This document shows, piece by piece, positions 59,420-64,000 of a stretch of DNA of 64,000 nucleotides. The stretch is from Selaginella moellendorffii (taxonomy: Eukaryota > Plantae > Lycopodiophyta), in NCBI RefSeq assembly GCF_000143415.4, contig NW_003314295.1, positions 1,470,558 through 1,534,557 of the forward strand, in the 5' to 3' direction. How positions within the stretch are numbered: position 1 is the first letter of the stretch; every line of letters begins with the position of its first letter. The notes under the pieces were generated by a model. The model did not search any database. It was not told the origin of the DNA and worked only from the letters and a program-made list of their open reading frames with translations. Position numbers and translations under genes: made by a program.

Positions 59420-62400
59420 TTAAAAGAAGAAATGACAAGACTTAAATAAAATAAATTGCTGCGCATTGCATTGCAGCAACGTTTGGTTTGCTTTTTTTAA
59501 AAAAATATTTTTTATTATGATATATAATTTGTTATGATCTGTCCAATATGCAGGTGCTATAACTGCTTTTGTATATATTATATCTTTTATCCATATATGA
59601 TCTATTAATTTATTATTACATGTATTGTGTTTTATTATTTGTATATATCCTTCTTTCTCCATTATTGTTTGAAGTGGTTTTACTTCTTCTATTTGGTAGT
59701 CAATATTAAAATCTCCTGTAATTATTACTGGTTTTTTATTATCTATTTTCTGTATATAGTTTTGTAGTTGTTTTATGAATATATGTATATTTGTTCCAGG
59801 TTTTCTATGTAAATTTATTATCTGTAATTGTTTTTAATTTTTTTCTAGTGATACATATGACATTGCCATTGTTTCTGTTTTTAAATGTTCTACTATTTCT
59901 GGTTTGTAGTCATTTGTATGCAGTATTGTTATATGTGGGGGTTGTTCATGTATATATGATTTATATTTATTAAAATATAAATCCTCATGTTTTTGTGTTC
60001 TTACTTCTTGCATACATATTATATCTGATGTTAATAATTGTGAATCACTCTTTATATCTTCTTGATGTGCAGTAATAGATCTTGTATTTAGAACTTGTAT
60101 AATTGTTTGGTTAGCTTTTTTTTCTTCTTGTAAATCTATTAAATCAATTTGCCATGGTGCTTCTGTTGTCATTCTTATTATTTCTTTAGCTGCATCTTTG
60201 TTGATTTTAATATGTTTATGTTGAATTGGTCTATATAAATGTATCCCTTTTAGTGTTTGTGCTTTTGATAATGCAGTATATGCTTGTCTTGGATATTTTG
60301 TTTTATATGGGTCATATCTTAATTGCATAACTATTGATCCTTGTGCTCTATGTATTGTTCTTCCTGCGCATGGTTGTACTGGAAATTGGGTTCTACTTAT
60401 AACATAGTTTTTATTTTTAGTAATATTTATTGTTCTTCTTATTTTTTTTATTGGTGTCCAGTTTTTTTCATTATTTTGCTTTATTGTTATGTTTTCTTTA
60501 GCTCTTGTTTTTTCACCTATTTTTATATTTGGGAATTCTATCCACATTATTTGTTCTTCTTCAATCTGGGTTACATATTGTAATATTCCATCTGCTCCAT
60601 TTACTAGTCCATCTTCTGTTGCTATATTTTGTGTTATTTCAATTGCCATTTTCTTTTTCAAATGTAATATTTTATGTAGTCCTTGTGTTTTTCTTGTGTC
60701 ATCTGGCAGCGTGAAATGTGTAGGACAGGAATTTCCATGTTTGTCTTGTGCTTCTATAATTATATCTTTACCTTGTATGTGTTGTATTATTTTTTCATTA
60801 TGTTCTCTTACTTGTTCATTAGTTGCAAATATAGAGTAGTATTCTGTGTTATATGTATCTGTGGTGATTTGTTTATTTATATATTCTAGTTCTTTATCTG
60901 TTTGCTCTCCTATTTTTATTTTATTTAAAGCTTTTATAAAGATTATATCATCTTTTTGCCTCATTATTTCAGTAAGTTCATAGATTTTAAAATTATTTTT
61001 CCATGGGTGGTGTATGGAGACATCATTTTCAGGTCTATATGTTTTTGTTGAATAAATTGGTGCTTCAAATGTAGGATTTAATTGATAGAAATCACCTATA
61101 AATATACAATCCATCCCACCAAAGTCTATTCCATATGTTGTTTTGAAGCTTTCACATCTTCTATTTATATCTTGTAGCATTTTTATACTTACCATTGATA
61201 TTTCATCTATTACTAAACATTTTATTGTTGAAAACTTTCTTTTATATTTATCTAATGTGTCATTTGTTAATATTATNNNNNNNNNNNNNNNNNNNNNNNN
61301 NNNNNNNNNNNNNNNNNNNNNNNNNNNNNNNNNNNNNNNNNNNNNNNNNNNNNNNNNNNNNNNNNNNNNNNNNNNNNNNNNNNNNNNNNNNNNNNNNNNN
61401 NNNTCTTGGTTTGTTTTATAATACCATTTGAGTGTTTCTATAAGTGTATTTAAAAGCATTGATTTTCCAGTTCCTGCTCCTCCTGTTAAAAATAAGCACA
61501 ATTGTTTGTTAGGTTGTTTTATTTTTTTCAATATGAATTCATCATGTATTATTCTTTGCTTTTTATTAAGAGTTCTTAATAATTGGTGATATTTACTAGT
61601 TTCCATAAGGTATTCATCTTGTATTATAATTGTTGTATTTGTTAAAATTTTATCTTTTATATTTAAATTTAATTTTTTGTTAATTTTCAAATTTTAATAA
61701 ATCTTTCCCTATATCAAATTCATCTGTTTGGTTTGTGTTTATTTCTTGTATATACTGTGCTTGTTCTTTTAATATTTTATTTGCTTCTTGTTCTGGATTC
61801 TCCCAATCAAATTCACTCTCATTTGTTACTTTTTTATATATGTATTGATGTTGTTTTTCATTTATTTGTTCCATATTTGCTTCATATGCATTCATATATG
61901 TTGTGTACATTTCTTTAAGATCTTCTTCTTTTCTAAATTTTTTATGTAAGATTAATCTTTCAAATGCCCACTTTTCTGGATTTTTTTCTTTACTAAAGTT
62001 TATATATCTAATTATATTGATTTTTTTTATGTTTTCATGTTGTTACTTCTTTTTCAATTATATATTTAGTTGTTATCTCTGCTAATGTTAAATCTTCTAA
62101 TTCTTCTGGTCTTTGCATGTACTTTTCAATTAATCCAGGTACTGCTATGTCTGTTTCGTCTTCTTGCATTTTTACAAGGTCTTGTTTCATTTTTAATCAT
62201 TTTGTTCGATGTTCTTGTGGTTTAGTATCAATAAACTTTACAGTTCTAAACACATAATGAAATGGGATTGACAATATTAAAACAAGTGCTTGTTGAATTA
62301 GCATTTCCCTACCACGTATGAAGCTATTTCCTAATAACTGAACTCTATTAAATGCATTTATTCCTTCTTTTTGGCATTTTTTAAATACAATTAACAAATG

Positions 62401-64000
62401 TCTTTGTTATTTCTATTTCAATACATGCAATATATGATAAACAATATGATGCTGCTGCATATGGATCAAGAATAATTTGTATATCTACATTTGATTGCCA
62501 CAGATTTGATAATTTGTTATTAAAAGTATTTGTGTTTATGTCTTTTGGTTTTCGTTTATAAACTTTTTTTGTATTTGTTATTGTCGATTTTATTGTAGCT
62601 TTATATTGCTCATATGTTATTCCTATTATTTTTAAATATTCATCAAACTCTAAATCTTTTAGATCTATAGTTTTATCTTCTAGTATTGTTTTTATTTTTT
62701 TGTAAATTATTGTATATGAATCCTTTTCATGCTTTGTAATGTCTTTTATAGGCTCTAAGATTTCTGTTTGTGGCATTGGAGGAATTGGGTAATTAAATAT
62801 ACAATTTATATTTTTATATTTCTTACATGTTTTTCTATGTTTATGAGTTTGAACATCTTTTATATTATTTGGTAGTTTCTCTGAATCAGTACATATATTT
62901 TTATTAGCATATTCTTTTATTTATTCTAATGTTTGTGGTGGATTTTCTAACCATATTAGTGCATGTTCATGTGGTGTACCACGTTGTTGAAATTGTGTTA
63001 CAAATATATAGTCTTTTACTTCCCTTCCAAATATGTGATAATTGGACATTAATAATTTTCTAAATGCTGATGTTTTATGTGCATAATATCGTATTGTGGT
63101 GATTGGATCAGCTCTTAGTATTTTATATATTTTCTCTTTTTCATTTAAATTTTATATCTCTTCTTTTTGTAATATATCTGTATTTAAATGTTTTAAAGCA
63201 TTTATAAATGGTTCCCAATGTCTTTCTGAACAAATAAGAGTTAAGAATAGTGTTGGTGGTCCTAATTGTCTTATCATGGCAAATGCATCTTTTTTTAGTG
63301 CTTCTAAATTATCTAGTGATGTTCTTAAAACTCTAAAACCTATGTTTAACTTTAATATTTTATCCATATTTTTATTTACAACCACATCTTTTGATGTGAT
63401 TTTTCTTCCTTCATAAGTAAATTTTCTTAATCTAAAACCAACATTTTGATTAACAAATTTGATTTCAGTTTTTACTGCTGCTGTAAATATATGTTCAATA
63501 TGTCATGCAAATTTTCTATCCTCATTCATTAATTCTCATTGGATTATTTCTTGATATGTAAATTTACTTTTTATGTCTAATGGTCTTGGTTTTCCACCAA
63601 ATAGTTTTTGATATGCCATTTCTTCAGTATTTTCATCTACAAATAATCCTAATGGGTGTTGTCCTTGACCAGGTGCTATAACTAAAACTTTATTTTTAAA
63701 ATTATCTATCTGATTTGCATCTAAGAAGCTAATTACCATAGTATCTGTTGGTAATATCTCATTATCAGGGTTGTCTATAAGATTTACACTTTCATCATCT
63801 TCATTTAATTCTTGTTGTAATTTGTTTTTCTAATATTATTTGTGCGTTATTATCTATATTGTTTAAATTTTGTGCTTGTTGAAACCAGTTTTCATCTATA
63901 TTAATTTTATTTTTCTTATATAGTTCAGTTTCTTGTAATTTTTTTATACTATTATAAATATAATGGGGTCTGGCTATTCCATATTTATAATAATATTTAT
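59420..64000 (-). mobile_element. Helitron with Rep + PIF1-type helicase + AP endonuclease (Helentron/Helitron2-type), frameshifted; continues beyond the window
   Basis: Rep motifs MIRQLGPPTLFLT, FQQRGTPHEHALIW (~62950-62995) and DPYAAASYC.SY; helicase motifs GGAGTGKS, VIDEISMV, GDFYQL, RTIHRAQG and YTALS; endonuclease motifs LNTRS...DIICMQE, ITGDFNI, LIDHIW and TDH; hairpin ttgctgc...gcagcaa at ~59456-59479. Confidence 0.9.
61277..61403. other. Assembly gap (N run)
   Basis: Run of n characters. Confidence 1.

Overview
Eukaryotic, most likely lycophyte (Selaginella-like) DNA. This assignment is inferred from ~50-bp introns, dense genes, a PLS-type PPR gene and the CCCTAAA telomere repeat. 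Positions 1-34 kb are a nested transposon stack. An old LTR element (family B, <1-31228) contains a solo LTR (2887-4034, TSD GAGTG) and a chromodomain Ty3/Gypsy element (5988-29002, TSD ATACT). The Gypsy contains a TRIM (7275-7868, TSD GTATG) and, inserted inside its RT gene, a 13.2-kb TIR DNA transposon (12428-25648). This TIR element is the most unusual object in the window. It has an uninterrupted 1022-aa Sola-like DDD/E transposase, and a divergently transcribed multi-exon cargo with a ParB-like domain in frame with a degenerate N4/N6 DNA-methyltransferase-like domain, an acidic region and an FCP1/NIF-type HAD domain. It also carries a telomeric tract and about 25 copies of a 22-bp palindrome (ATGGCRTG-N6-CAYGCCAT), several of them inside the cargo introns. 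Positions 35-57 kb hold host genes: CCC1, an uncharacterised plant membrane-anchored protein, duplicated 74-aa 8-Cys secreted peptides, a decayed PIF/Harbinger element, F-box pseudogenes, ATP-PFK and a PPR gene. Positions 57.5-59 kb are a mosaic of local gene fragments. Positions 59.4-64 kb are an AT-rich, AP-endonuclease-bearing Helitron (Helentron-type). All calls were made by eye from motifs; no database search was run.
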